From NCBI GenBank assembly GCA_963809485.1, contig CAWEJX010000007.1, forward strand, positions 352,001-416,000: a stretch of DNA of 64,000 nt, in the 5' to 3' direction. Positions 50,883-61,798 of this stretch are shown here, one piece after another (position 1 is the stretch's first letter; every line of letters begins with the position of its first letter). The notes below the pieces were generated by a model. The model did not search any database, had not been told where the DNA came from, and worked only from the letters and a program-made list of their open reading frames with translations. The DNA comes from an uncultured Acidobacteriota bacterium. Lineage in GTDB: Bacteria; Acidobacteriota; UBA6911. The translations under genes and the position numbers were made by a program.

Positions 50883-53141
50883 CTAACGGCGAGGCCCGGG
50901 TTGATTGAACTTGGTCATCAGGTCCTGGATGGAAGCGGATTTTTTCTCCGGAAGAGGAGACTTCTTCTCGCGGGCCGGCTTCCCGGGGTGCACCGCGGAC
51001 TTCATGGACAGCGAAATCCTCTTCAGCGTCTCGTTCACTTCAAGCACCCGGACCTTGACGATCTGGCCGACTTTGACAACTTTCCTGGGATCATCAACGA
51101 AACGGTCCGCCAGCTGGGAGATATGCACAAGACCGTCCTGATGGACGCCGATATCGACGAAAGCGCCGAAATTGGCGACATTGGTCACGATCCCTTCGAG
51201 CTCCATTCCTGCGACAAGATCCTTAATCTCCTTGATTTCCTCCTTGAAAGTCGCATACCGGAACTCAGCCCGCGGATCGCGGCCTGGTTTCTCCAGTTCG
51301 GAAATGATGTCGCGCAAGGTCGGCTCTCCGACCGTCTCAGTCACATAGTCCTTCAAGTTGATGGAGCTGAATTTTCCCGCAGCCGCCCCAATCCGATCCA
51401 GGGGCAGGTTCAGGTCGCGGGCCATTTTCCCCACGATAAAGTAGCTTTCGGGGTGCACAGCGGTGTTGTCGAGAGGATTTTCCCCGTCCCTGATTCGCAG
51501 GAATCCGGCCGCCTGTTCGAATGTTTTCGGACCGAATTTCGGTATTTGAACCAGCTCCCTCCTGTTGCGGAAAGCGCCCTTTTCATTGCGGAAGGCAACA
51601 ACACTCCTGGCCAGGGACGAAGAAATGCCGGCAACGAAACTCAAAAGCTCCTTTGAAGCCAGGTTTAAATCGACGCCGACATAATTCACACAGCTTTCAA
51701 CCGTATCCTCCAGCTTCTGCTTGAGCAGCTTCTGATCCACATCGTGCTGGTACTGGCCGACACCGATGGACTTGGGATCGATTTTGACCAGTTCCGCAAG
51801 CGGGTCCTGGAGCCTCCGGGCGATACTCACCGCGCCGCGAGCCGTCAGGTCCAGATCCGGAAACTCTTCGATCGCCACCTCGCTTGCCGAATAAACGGAG
51901 GCTCCCGCCTCGCTAACCATCACCTTGACCGGCCTGGGTTCCAGCGTGTTCAGCACATCGCCCACAAAAGATTCCGTCTCCCGGCCCGCGGTCCCGTTTC
52001 CGATGGCCACAAGTTCCAGGCGGTGCTTCCCGATGAGCTTTTTCAGTGTCTCCGCCGCCCGGGCGCGTTCCGCATCCGATTTGTGCGGATGGATGGTCTC
52101 ATACTCCAGAAGCTTGCCTGTTTGGTCGACGGCGGCAACCTTGCATCCCGTGCGGAATCCGGGGTCGATGCCGAGGGTCGGTTTCATTCCGGCGGGGCTG
52201 GAGAGAAGCAATTCCCGCAGATTGGCCTCGAAGGTCCGGATGGATTCCCTGTCGGCGGCCGTCTTTTTCTCCAGCCGCACTTCCCCGATCAGCGTGGTCT
52301 TCATGAGGCGCTCGAAGGCATCCGCCAGCATTTCCCGGAAAAATTCGCGCACATTTGCCGCCGAAGCATGTATCTCCTGAGACTCCAGGTACGCGGTAAC
52401 CACGGCCGGATCATAGTCGATCGTAAAAGTGAGAATGCCCTCCGTTTCGCCGCGCCTGAGGGCAAGCATATTGTGCGGCGCGATGTCCTTCACACGGACC
52501 CTGTATTCGCGGTACATCTCGAATTTCGTCGTTCCTTCGGGATATTCCTCCTTGATGCGCGAGGTGAAGAAACCCTCGTTCATCAAATAGTCCCGCAGAT
52601 GCTGCCGCAGAGCCGCCTTCTCCGAGACTTCTTCCGCCAGGATGTCGGACGCGCCCTGCAGGGCTTCGGCGGCACTCTCAACCCCGAGTTCGCCGGAGAT
52701 ATAGCGGGCGGCCTCGGCCTCGAGGTCCGGCGGAGGCGCATCGGGGCTATTTGCGCTTCTCAGGAACCCGGCCAGCGGCTCGAGCCCTTTTTCGCGGGCC
52801 ACGGTCGCCCGCGTGCGTTTCCTGGGTTTGTAGGGAAGATACAGGTCTTCGAGTGCCGTTTTCTGCAGGCATTCCTCGATTTTTGTTTTCAGCTCATCGG
52901 TCAGCTTCCCCTGCTCCTGGATGGATTTGAGGACGGCGGCTTTTCTCTCTTCCAGCTCGGTCAGGTAGGTGTGCCTCTCGAGCAGGGCGCGCAGCTGGAT
53001 CTCATTCATCTCGCCCGTCCGTTCTTTGCGGTACCGCGCGATGAAGGGCACGGTCCCTCCTTCGGCAAACAAGGCCAGCGCATTCTGCACCTGATCGATC
53101 CCGAGAGAAAGTTCCGATGCGATTAGCTGAAGCATGTTCAT
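50883..53141 (-). CDS. tex: Tex-family RNA-binding transcription accessory protein
   Basis: TVPFIARYRKE, GIDPGFRTGCK, EAGASVYSAS, IGVGQYQHD, S1 domain FGAFVDIGVHQDGLVHIS. Confidence 0.97.
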   Translation of the reverse strand: MNMLQLIASELSLGIDQVQNALALFAEGGTVPFIARYRKERTGEMNEIQLRALLERHTYLTELEERKAAVLKSIQEQGKLTDELKTKIEECLQKTALEDLYLPYKPRKRTRATVAREKGLEPLAGFLRSANSPDAPPPDLEAEAARYISGELGVESAAEALQGASDILAEEVSEKAALRQHLRDYLMNEGFFTSRIKEEYPEGTTKFEMYREYRVRVKDIAPHNMLALRRGETEGILTFTIDYDPAVVTAYLESQEIHASAANVREFFREMLADAFERLMKTTLIGEVRLEKKTAADRESIRTFEANLRELLLSSPAGMKPTLGIDPGFRTGCKVAAVDQTGKLLEYETIHPHKSDAERARAAETLKKLIGKHRLELVAIGNGTAGRETESFVGDVLNTLEPRPVKVMVSEAGASVYSASEVAIEEFPDLDLTARGAVSIARRLQDPLAELVKIDPKSIGVGQYQHDVDQKLLKQKLEDTVESCVNYVGVDLNLASKELLSFVAGISSSLARSVVAFRNEKGAFRNRRELVQIPKFGPKTFEQAAGFLRIRDGENPLDNTAVHPESYFIVGKMARDLNLPLDRIGAAAGKFSSINLKDYVTETVGEPTLRDIISELEKPGRDPRAEFRYATFKEEIKEIKDLVAGMELEGIVTNVANFGAFVDIGVHQDGLVHISQLADRFVDDPRKVVKVGQIVKVRVLEVNETLKRISLSMKSAVHPGKPAREKKSPLPEKKSASIQDLMTKFNQPGPRR

Positions 53142-53232
53142 GTTTACAAAACTCCTTCTTTCTCAGATTCCTGTCGAGCCAAACCACCCTCGCCCCGGAG
53201 GCAGGGGATTCCAATGCTCCCCGATGGGAGCA

Positions 53233-53763
53233 TTAGAAGAGCGCCGGCTTTGCGATCGCCCATGCCGCGATGGTCATTCCGTCCCATATGGTCCCATCCC
53301 GAATGAAACCGTCCAATTCGTCCATCGTGAGGCGAACCAGTTCGAAGCTTTCGGTATCATCCGGGCGGGCGCCTGCATAAGAAAGATTGCGGGCAATATA
53401 AACACGGCACATTTCGTCAAGCAATCCGTTGCACGGGTTGAAGCTGCCGACCCACAGGAGCTGTCCCGATAAAAAGCCGGCTTCCTCCAGCAGCTCATCC
53501 CTCGCCGTCTCGTCGAAGGTGCGTCCGTCCTTCAATCCGCCGCATGGAAATTCCACGCTGTCGCGGTTTCCCGTATAGCGGTATTGCCGGACCAGTAGAA
53601 AATTGCCTTCTACATCCTGCGGGACCACCATGGACGAGCCGTTTGTGCGCACATAATGATATTCCCCTGTTTTTCCCGAGGGAAGCTCAACCCGGTCCCG
53701 GCAATATTTCCACCAGGGATTCTCATAGATGATTTTTTTGGACAATCGCTTATAGGGTTCCAT
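53233..53763 (-). CDS. NUDIX hydrolase (ADP-ribose pyrophosphatase-like)
   Basis: LVRQYRY; Nudix box EFPCGG..TARDELLEEAG. Confidence 0.9.
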   Translation of the reverse strand: MEPYKRLSKKIIYENPWWKYCRDRVELPSGKTGEYHYVRTNGSSMVVPQDVEGNFLLVRQYRYTGNRDSVEFPCGGLKDGRTFDETARDELLEEAGFLSGQLLWVGSFNPCNGLLDEMCRVYIARNLSYAGARPDDTESFELVRLTMDELDGFIRDGTIWDGMTIAAWAIAKPALF

Positions 53764-54115
53764 AAATCTCCCGGCGTCCTTGTTCAACAGATTTACACTG
53801 TACCCCATCGAAATGAAACAGACCACGAATTACCCGGCATGGCTCCCAGATTTTGGCCCATGACCGCTCTCCCCCACCTCCGGGTTTTAATGAGGACGGG
53901 CCTCCGCAAATTTTAACGCCGACGAACGCCGATAACCGCTGACGTACGCTGAAAAATAATAAATAAATATGATTTTCTAGGCATTTGCTATTGGTTGGGT
54001 GAGGACGGCTTTCCAGTGGCCGTTTCAAAAGCTCCGGAGGGCTGTACCTAACAAAATTTCAGCAGCCGAGATTTTGTTTTCCCTGATCCTATGCTTTGTG
54101 CTTCAATTCCGCATC

Positions 54116-55207
54116 ATGACTGCCGGAGTCTTTAATGCTGAGGAATTGCTCCGCCGGGTTTCCCGGTCTTTCTATCTGACGCTCCGGGTATTGCCGTGCT
54201 CTGTCAGGCAGCAGCTGAGCTGCGCCTATCTGCTGGCCCGTGCGGCGGACACGATAGCGGATACGCAGCTGGTCGCTGTTCCGCGCAGGCTGGAAGCTTT
54301 GCGGCAGTTGCGCTCAGGCATCCAGGCTGCCTGCGAAGACCGCACGCCTGAAACACCGGATCTCGGGGAACTGGCAAAAGCCCAAAGTTCGATTGCGGGC
54401 CAGGGGAATGCGGCGGAACGCAGTCTGCTCGAAAAGGCGGGATATCTGCTGGACTTGATGCGGGGATTCCAACCCGGGGATCGCCAGGTAACCGGCAGGG
54501 TGCTGGACACCATCACGCGAGGCCAGGAGCTGGACCTGATCCGCTTCGGTGAGGCCGCCAAAGGCCGCATCACGGCGCTTGGATCCGACGCGGATCTGGA
54601 TCATTACGCCTACTGTGTTGCCGGCTGCGTCGGAGAGTTCTGGACGAAAATGTGCCGTTCGCATGTATTTCCGGATTTGTTGATTCGTGAAGAGACCCTG
54701 CTGGCAAACGGCGTGCGGTTCGGCAAAGGCCTGCAGCTGGTGAATATTTTACGCGATCTGCCCGAGGACCTGCGCCGGGGACGCTGCTATATCCCGCAGG
54801 ATCGTCTTTCCGAACACGGGCTGCTGCCCGCGCAGTTGCTGGATCCGGCCGTGATCGTCCGGTTTCGCCCGCTGTACGACTCCTACTTGAAGCAGGCCGA
54901 GGAGCACCTGTCTGCCGGCTGGCAATACACCGCGATGCTGCCCTTCCGGCTTATGCGGATCCGCATGGCATGCGCCTGGCCGGCTCTTATCGGTATGAAG
55001 ACCCTGGCACGTCTGCGCAGCGGCAACGTGCTTGATGCCGGCAAACGCATCAAACTCGCACGGTCCGAGATCCGCCGCCTGATCGTCCGGTCCACGCTGC
55101 TCTATCCATTTCCGCCGGCATGGTCCCGCCTGTTTGAAGCAACTCGCAATGAATCAGCATCCCCACATGGTTCCGGCAGCCCCGACTCTCGGGCTGCATT
55201 TTTATGA
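54116..55207 (+). CDS. Squalene/phytoene synthase family protein
   Basis: VSRSF, RAADTIAD, YCVAGCVG, LQLVNILRDLPED..RGRCYIP. Confidence 0.92.
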   Translation: MTAGVFNAEELLRRVSRSFYLTLRVLPCSVRQQLSCAYLLARAADTIADTQLVAVPRRLEALRQLRSGIQAACEDRTPETPDLGELAKAQSSIAGQGNAAERSLLEKAGYLLDLMRGFQPGDRQVTGRVLDTITRGQELDLIRFGEAAKGRITALGSDADLDHYAYCVAGCVGEFWTKMCRSHVFPDLLIREETLLANGVRFGKGLQLVNILRDLPEDLRRGRCYIPQDRLSEHGLLPAQLLDPAVIVRFRPLYDSYLKQAEEHLSAGWQYTAMLPFRLMRIRMACAWPALIGMKTLARLRSGNVLDAGKRIKLARSEIRRLIVRSTLLYPFPPAWSRLFEATRNESASPHGSGSPDSRAAFL

Positions 55208-55317
55208 AACAGGCCGGACGTTGCAGGAGGAATGCCTCAAAAAACCCGCGGGCTTCGCGCCTCCGCGTGAGTTTTTCCGGGTTGCGGCCAGGCCACAGCC
55301 TTATCTTTTGGCTTCTG

Positions 55318-56253
55318 CTATTTCTCGCCGCTGGCCAGGATTGTCTGAAAATGGGGCGGCTCTTCTTCGCGCGCGACCACGCTGATCTCGATTTTCCTGA
55401 AGCCGGCGTCTTCCAGCCAGCGGTGCAGGTCGCTTTCCGCAAAGCCGAGCCAGCGGTCGCCGTAGGATTCGTGCGCCTTCTCAAAGCCGTGCTTGAGCAG
55501 ATCAAGAATCAGGATCTGGCCGCTCGGGCGCGCAGCAGCCGATGCGCCGAGGCAATGGCGGCGGCCGGATTCTCTGCGTGATGCAGAGCCTGGCTCAGGA
55601 TCACCAGGTCGACGCTGCCGGGCTCGATCGGGGGATTCTGCAGATCGCCCAGCCGGAATTCGAGGTTCTTCAGGCCGTTCTTCCTGGCCTTGGCGGCGCC
55701 GAAAGCCACGATTTTTTCCGAATTGTCCACGGCAATCACCTTTTTGCAGCGCCGCGCCAGCAGTTCGCTCAACAAGCCCTTCCCCGGAACCCAGATCGGC
55801 GACCACCAGCGGCGGCACAATGCGCAGCAGCAGATGGCCGAATCCCTGCCAGGACCGGCCCGGCCCGTACACGCGGTCAAACCGTCCCGGCCACCTGGTT
55901 GAAGTAGACTTGTGCCTGCTCGCGCCGCCGGTTCAGGATGCGCTTCAGGTTGATCCGATCCGCCGGCGTATGTCCGGCAATTCGCGCGCGCCTTGAAAGG
56001 CCAGCTTCAGGAAATCCGCCGCCAGATCCGTCCGCCTCCCGTTCAGCTTGTAGAAGGTCCGCTTGCCTTCGCGCCGCGATTGCACCAGCCCGGATTCCTG
56101 CAGCAATCCCAGGTGCGTCGAAATTCGCGATTGCCCCAGGCGCGTGATCTCCTGCAGCTCCTGAACCGACAGCTCATTCTTTTCCAGCAGGGCGATGATT
56201 CGCAGCCGCGTTGCGTCCGACAATGCCCGCAGTGATTTGAGAACAGAGGACAT
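55318..56253 (-). CDS. ArsR-HTH plus SAM-methyltransferase-domain regulator (SahR-like), several frameshifts
   Basis: ALSDATRLRI..QSRISTHL..L.ESGLV.SRREG; YGPGRSW; DLGSGEG; SQALHH; DRWLGF. Confidence 0.88.
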
Positions 56254-56295
56254 ATGCCAGCGCTCCCAGATCAATTTCCGCCGTCAAAATAACTA

Positions 56296-56344
56296 TTGAC
56301 GTCTTGCAAAAATCATATATCATCTTATCCGGATTTGTCGATAT
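56296..56344 (+). promoter_or_regulatory. ahcY promoter with overlapping SahR-like operator(s)
   Basis: TTGACG-N16-TATCAT; two overlapping ATC-N10-GAT 20-mers (56317-56336, 56325-56344). Confidence 0.55.
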
Positions 56345-56406
56345 GTTGTTTGAGGTGTCTCCCGCGAAGGTGTTCCTGGTTTGCAGCCTGAAGGGGATTG
56401 CCACAT

Positions 56407-57875
56407 ATGACAGCAACAAAAGTTCTCGATGCTCAACAGTCGAAGAATCCGCACAAGAGACGCGGCGCCGAATGCCGGATATCTCGTCCGCGATATCAGT
56501 CTTGCCGAATGGGGCCGCAAGGAAATATCGGTTGCCGAGCAGGAGATGCCCGGGCTCATGGCGGTGCGCGCAAAATACGGTCCTCAAAAGCCGCTGACCG
56601 GCGTGCGCATTTCCGGATCGCTGCACATGACGATTGAAACCGCAGTGCTCATCGAAACGCTGGTCCAGCTTGGGGCTTCGGTGCGCTGGGCAAGCTGCAA
56701 TATCTTCAGCACGCAGGATCACGCCGCGGCGGCGATGGCGGACGCCGGGATCCCGGTCTTCGCCTTCAAGGGAGAAAGCCTCGAGGAGTACTGGGATTTC
56801 ACCCTGGCCGCGCTCACGCATCCCGGCAATCAGGGTCCGGAGCTTGATCGTCGACGACGGCGGAGACGCCACGCTGCTGCTGCACAAAGGCTATGAGATG
56901 GAGCACGGCAGCGACTGGGTGCGGACGCCCGGTGCCAGCCACGAAGAGCAGGTCATCAAAAACCTGCTTAAGAAGTGCGCGCAGGAGCGTCCCGGCTGGT
57001 TTACGCAAGCCGTCAAGGGATGGAAAGGCGTCAGCGAGGAAACCACCACCGGCGTGCATCGCCTGTACCAGATGCTCGAAGCCGGCACGCTGCTCGTGCC
57101 CGCCATCAACGTCAACGACTCGGTCACCAAATCAAAATTCGACAATCTCTACGGCTGCCGCGAATCGCTGGCCGACGGACTCAAGCGCGCGCTGGGCGTC
57201 ATGATTGCCGGCAAGACCGCCGTTGTCTGCGGCTACGGCGATGTGGGCAAGGGCAGCGCGCATTCCCTGCGCGGTTTCGGCGCGCGCGTGATCGTCACCG
57301 AAATCGATCCCATCAATGCGCTTCAGGCCGCCATGGAAGGATTCGAGGTGACGCGCATTGAGGAAACGCTGGGCGAAGGCGACATCTATGTCACCTGCAC
57401 CGGCAACTGCGACGTCATCACGCTGGAACATATGCTGAAAATGAAGGACCAGGCGATCGTCTGCAACATCGGGCACTTCGACAACGAAATCCAGGTGGAC
57501 CGGCTGAACCAGGCGCCGGCAGTGCAGAAGGTCAACATCAAGCCGCAGGTGGATCGCTATGATCTGCCCGGCAATCGCAGCATCTATCTGCTGGCGGAAG
57601 GGCGTCTCGTAAATCTCGGCTGCGCCGAAGGACACCCGAGCTTTGTCATGTCCAATTCATTCACCAACCAGTGCCTGGCTCAGCTCGATCTGTGGGCGCA
57701 TCGCGCCGAATACAAGCCGGCCGTCTATCGCCTGCCGAAGCGGCTCGACGAAGAAGTCGCCCGGCTGCATCTCGAAAAAATCGGCGTGAAGCTGACGACG
57801 CTGACGCAGAAGCAGGCCGACTACATCGGCGTCCCCGTCGACGGCCCCTACAAGCCGGATCATTATCGGTACTGA
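56407..57875 (+). CDS. ahcY: Adenosylhomocysteinase (two frameshifts)
   Basis: [53 protein letters not shown], terminal HYRY. Confidence 0.97.
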
Positions 57876-58218
57876 CCGTCCGCGTCAGTCTGCAGGGCGG
57901 TCCGAAGCGCCGATTGTTTGCATTTCCGAACGCGCTCCTGCATCTTTAATAATGGGCGGCCCAGTGGCCGCCCCTGAGCACACCATGGGAGGTGCCTCTT
58001 CGTCTCTTGCATGTTGACTGTCACCTTAAGGATCATCGTTCATCGGCGTTATTTCAGCGTTCGTCAGCGTTCCCTGATCCTGGAGCCGTCAATCCCTGCA
58101 AGTCCCATAACAATCCCCTTTGGCGATGAATAATTGACTTGCCAGCGATTATGGCCGCCCCGGCGGATTTGCTCTGGTGCAGAAGCTTGACCTGAGCTAA
58201 GCTGAGGCCTTCGAATCT

Positions 58219-59121
58219 ATGGCCGACAACGGGATTATCGCCATTCTTGCGGATACGGGGCCCTTGACGGGCGCTCAGCTCGTCGAGCGTACCGGAATGA
58301 GTGTTTTCCAGCTCTGGCAGTCCTGCCGGAAAAATCCTTCTATCCGCCTCTTTTCAGCTGCCAGGCGCTTTCTCCGGCTCGACCGCACGGTCGCGGGTTA
58401 CGCCCGGCTCTCTCCGTCCATTCGAAGGGAATTTCTCACATACACGCATGTGGGGCTTGACAGCCAGATCGACGCGCTGGCAGCCAAAACCGAAGCTTTC
58501 AGGCTGGAGACGAAACAGATCAGTCAAACCAAGCAGGAGATCGCCCGGGAATGCGTCGTGTCCGCCCTGGAGCTTCTGCCCGACAGGGACCGTATCCTGG
58601 AAAAAGCCTGTTTTCTCATTGCCGGCGACGTGGTCTACGACATGTCCCATACGGTGCCGCGGCCGGAGAAAAGCACCGGGGAAATGGTCCGCGGTTCCGA
58701 CCTGGATATCGTTGTGGTCGCCGAAGACGGCCTGAATCCGGAATATGTGCGCGCCTTTGATGCGGCCTTTCACAAGAGAAAGCACCTGCTACTGGTCAAC
58801 GACCGGGAAGAGATCGACTACCTGATCAAATCCATGTCCCGGGTCCGCGAACAGCTCAAGTTCGACATATTCTCCTCCATGGTCGCCTGCAAGATACTCG
58901 ACGAAAGCCGTCTCCTGTTCGGCAATCCCGCCGTCTTCCGGGCCGTCAAAGACATGCTCATCGAATGCGGCATTCCGGAAAAGCTGAAGAGCCTCGAGGA
59001 GCAGGCCGCTGCCAGCCGGGACCTGGCCGAAAATCAGCTGCTCGATGTCCGGGCCGAAGGAGACCAGAGCGAGTACTACAATCTCTTCTACACGCACGCG
59101 GAGGAAGATGAGATATACTGA
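58219..59121 (+). CDS. Uncharacterised protein: N-terminal HTH-like domain plus Pol-beta-superfamily nucleotidyltransferase-like domain
   Basis: GPLTGAQLVERTG; FLIAGD...GSDLDIVVV (DxD) and downstream EIDYLI. Confidence 0.65.
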   Translation: MADNGIIAILADTGPLTGAQLVERTGMSVFQLWQSCRKNPSIRLFSAARRFLRLDRTVAGYARLSPSIRREFLTYTHVGLDSQIDALAAKTEAFRLETKQISQTKQEIARECVVSALELLPDRDRILEKACFLIAGDVVYDMSHTVPRPEKSTGEMVRGSDLDIVVVAEDGLNPEYVRAFDAAFHKRKHLLLVNDREEIDYLIKSMSRVREQLKFDIFSSMVACKILDESRLLFGNPAVFRAVKDMLIECGIPEKLKSLEEQAAASRDLAENQLLDVRAEGDQSEYYNLFYTHAEEDEIY

Positions 59122-59182
59122 TTCCGGATTCGCGCTGGAAACGATGAAAACCGTATTCCCGGAATTTCGCGACCTATTGAAT

Positions 59183-60211
59183 ATGCATACGCTGCGCGCT
59201 TTCGTGCTATCGATTCTGCTGATTCTGACGGCATGCGGTCTGGTTCCTGATGATGCCGTTGTGCCGCATCCCATCAGCGTCAGCGCCAAACGGGTCGACG
59301 CTTTCGATCTCAACGATCCCTCGCGCAGCCGTTTCGGCGATCTTGATTTCCGGGGCGGGCTGATTCTCAAATCCCCGGACCCTTCCTTCGGCGGCTTTTC
59401 CTCTCTGAATGTTCAGCCGGATGGATCGCACTTTCTCGCGCTTTCCGACCAGGGCAATTGGCTGCGCGGCCGCATCGTCTACCAGGAAAACCATCCCGCA
59501 GCGATCAGCGATGCCAAAATGGCGCCGGCTTTGCGCGCCGACGGCAAAGTCTCCGGCCGATGGGACACCGAATCGATGGCACGGGACGGAGGCATCCTGT
59601 ACGTCGGCGTCGAGCGCGAAAATCAAATCTTCCGCTTCAATTACGGGCATAAAGGCCTGCGCGCTCCCGGGAAACCAATCCCGATTCCGCCCGCCATGAA
59701 GGATCTGCCGTTCAACCAGGGTCTCGAGGCATTGGTCTTCGTCCCCCAAAAACGTCCGCTCGGCGGCACGCTGATTGCATTGTCGGAGCAGGGCCTGAAC
59801 GAAGCCGGCGATATCAAGGCGTTTCTGATAGGAGGGCCGAGTCCCGGCACTTTCTACGTGAAGCGCACGGACGGGTATGACATCAGCGACGCCTCGCTGC
59901 TGCCGGGAAACGATCTTCTGGTCCTCGAGCGGCAGTACTCTCCCTTGACCGGAGTCTCGGTCCGCATCCGGCGCATTCCGCTGGCGACGATCCTCCCGGG
60001 AGCCACAGTCGACGGCCCTACCATTCTGGAGGCCAAGACAGGATGCGTGATCGACAATATGGAGGCTTTGAGCGTATATCAGACCCCTGCCGGCGCCACG
60101 GTGCTCACGCTCCTGTCGGACGACAATTTCTCGCCGGTTCAGCAGACCATACTGCTGCAGTTTACCCTGGCGGGAAACGGAGCTTCAAAGCCGCGCGCAT
60201 CCGCAAAATGA
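59183..60211 (+). CDS. Phytase-like / esterase-like beta-propeller lipoprotein
   Basis: Lipobox LTAC; FGGFSSL, LSDQG, DTES, NQGLEAL, LERQY, DNMEAL, SDDNF. Confidence 0.88.
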   Translation: MHTLRAFVLSILLILTACGLVPDDAVVPHPISVSAKRVDAFDLNDPSRSRFGDLDFRGGLILKSPDPSFGGFSSLNVQPDGSHFLALSDQGNWLRGRIVYQENHPAAISDAKMAPALRADGKVSGRWDTESMARDGGILYVGVERENQIFRFNYGHKGLRAPGKPIPIPPAMKDLPFNQGLEALVFVPQKRPLGGTLIALSEQGLNEAGDIKAFLIGGPSPGTFYVKRTDGYDISDASLLPGNDLLVLERQYSPLTGVSVRIRRIPLATILPGATVDGPTILEAKTGCVIDNMEALSVYQTPAGATVLTLLSDDNFSPVQQTILLQFTLAGNGASKPRASAK

Positions 60212-60218
60212 GGGTGAC

Positions 60219-61740
60219 GTGAAGAGACCCCTTCCCGGAATTACCTGCCTTCTGCTTTTCTGCATTGCCCTCCAGATGCCCCTGATTGCTCAACAGGTGT
60301 CTCTGACCATCCTCCACACAAACGATACCCACGGGCATCTGCTGCCTTTCAGCTACCCCTCGGTGGTTTCACCGGCGTCCGAACTAGCCGCCATCAAGGC
60401 GCGCACGGATATCGGCGGCATCGCCCGCAGGGCAACTATTGTGCGCCGCCTGCGCAACGAGCTCGGGGGGCAAGGCACGGCGGTATGGCTCGTCGACACC
60501 GGGGATTTTTAGTGACGGCACGCCCTTCTCGACCGAATATCACGGGGAAGCGGACGCGGCAGCCATGAATGCCGCAGGCTATGATTTCGGTGCGCTGGGC
60601 AACCACGAATTCAACCTTCCACTCTCCCGTCTTAAGAGCCTTATCGGTATGTTTCGCTATCCGGTTTTGTGCGCCAATGCCATTGAAAATTCCACCAGCC
60701 GGCCATTGGCGCAGCCTTCCGTCATTCGAGAACTGGGCCCGCTCAGGATAGGCATTTTCGGCCTTCTCACTCGCAGCACCGCGGGATATCCGGCAACAAA
60801 GGAGGGAGTGACCATCCTGGGAGAAATCGATACGGCTCAGCGCATGATGAGTGTTCTCCGTCCGGAGGCGGACATCATCCTGGCCCTGTCGCACGCGGGC
60901 GAGCAGATGGACCAACAGATATCCGCGGCCGTGCCGGGGATCGACGTTATCATAGGAGGGCACTCTCACTCCCGCCTCCCTTTCGGCCAGATTGTCTGGC
61001 GCTCGGAAGAGCTCAAGTCCGGTGAAGTCAACGGCACCGTCATCGTGCAGGCTCATCAATGGGGAGGGGAACTGGGGCGCCTGGACCTGCTGTTCGTCCG
61101 GGACGACCGGGGCGCCTGGCACGTCTCGCGCTACAGAGCGCTGCTCATACCGGTTACGTCGGAAATTCCGGAAGACGAAGCCGTTGCCGCCGTTGTCGAC
61201 CGCTATTGGAAACCGATTGCCGCGCGCCACGGGGAAATCATCGGCGAGGCTGCCGCGGACTTTGTCGAACGAGGGGACGACCTGGCGCAATACAACCTTG
61301 TGGCGGACGCGGTACGCGAGACTTTCGGAACCGAAATTGAGCTGGAAAACATGGGCGGAGTCCGCGCGCCCCTTATCAAGGGCCAAATCACCCGCGCGAA
61401 CCTGGTCGAGATGGACCCGTTCAACAATACCGTCGTGACCTTCAGGATCAGTGGCCGGCGCCTGAGCCGCATTCTGGAAGCTCAGCGGCCGGCGGTTTCC
61501 GGACTGAAGTATCGGATTGAAAACCAAAAGGCCGCGGATGTGACCGTCGCTGGCCGTCCGCTGATCGCAACCCGCATGTATACCGGTTCCTCAAATTCGT
61601 ACTTCGCCGGATTTGCATTGAAGGGGATTCCGGTCCAAGATACCGGCAGGCAGCGGCTTGACGTGATCATCGACTATGTACGAAAAAAGAAGATTGTGCG
61701 TCCTGCGTTTGACGGGCGCCGCGTCATCCTGGAGCCTTGA
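60219..61740 (+). CDS. Exported metallophosphoesterase / 5'-nucleotidase (frameshift near 60510)
   Basis: Signal peptide; ILHTNDTHG, DTGD, LGNHEF, LSHAG, IGGHSH, NMGGVRA, PFNN. Confidence 0.92.
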
Positions 61741-61798
61741 TACAGATACCCTGCAGAGAAATCCGGCCACCGCCGGAACCTTTTGAACCGCAGAATGT

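Noticed and set aside
51744-53126. Long antisense ORFs (also 8473-9456, 22238-23308, 29069-30367, 44530-45597)
   Set aside because: Shadow frames opposite well-supported genes in GC-rich DNA, without motifs
48367-53763. rnhA-tatD-patatin-tex-NUDIX as an anti-phage island
   Set aside because: Mixed orientations and ordinary housekeeping-type sequences; no hallmark defence gene
56345-56406. SAH riboswitch upstream of ahcY
   Set aside because: The GAGGAGCG/CAGGCTC core is not visible; a protein operator fits better
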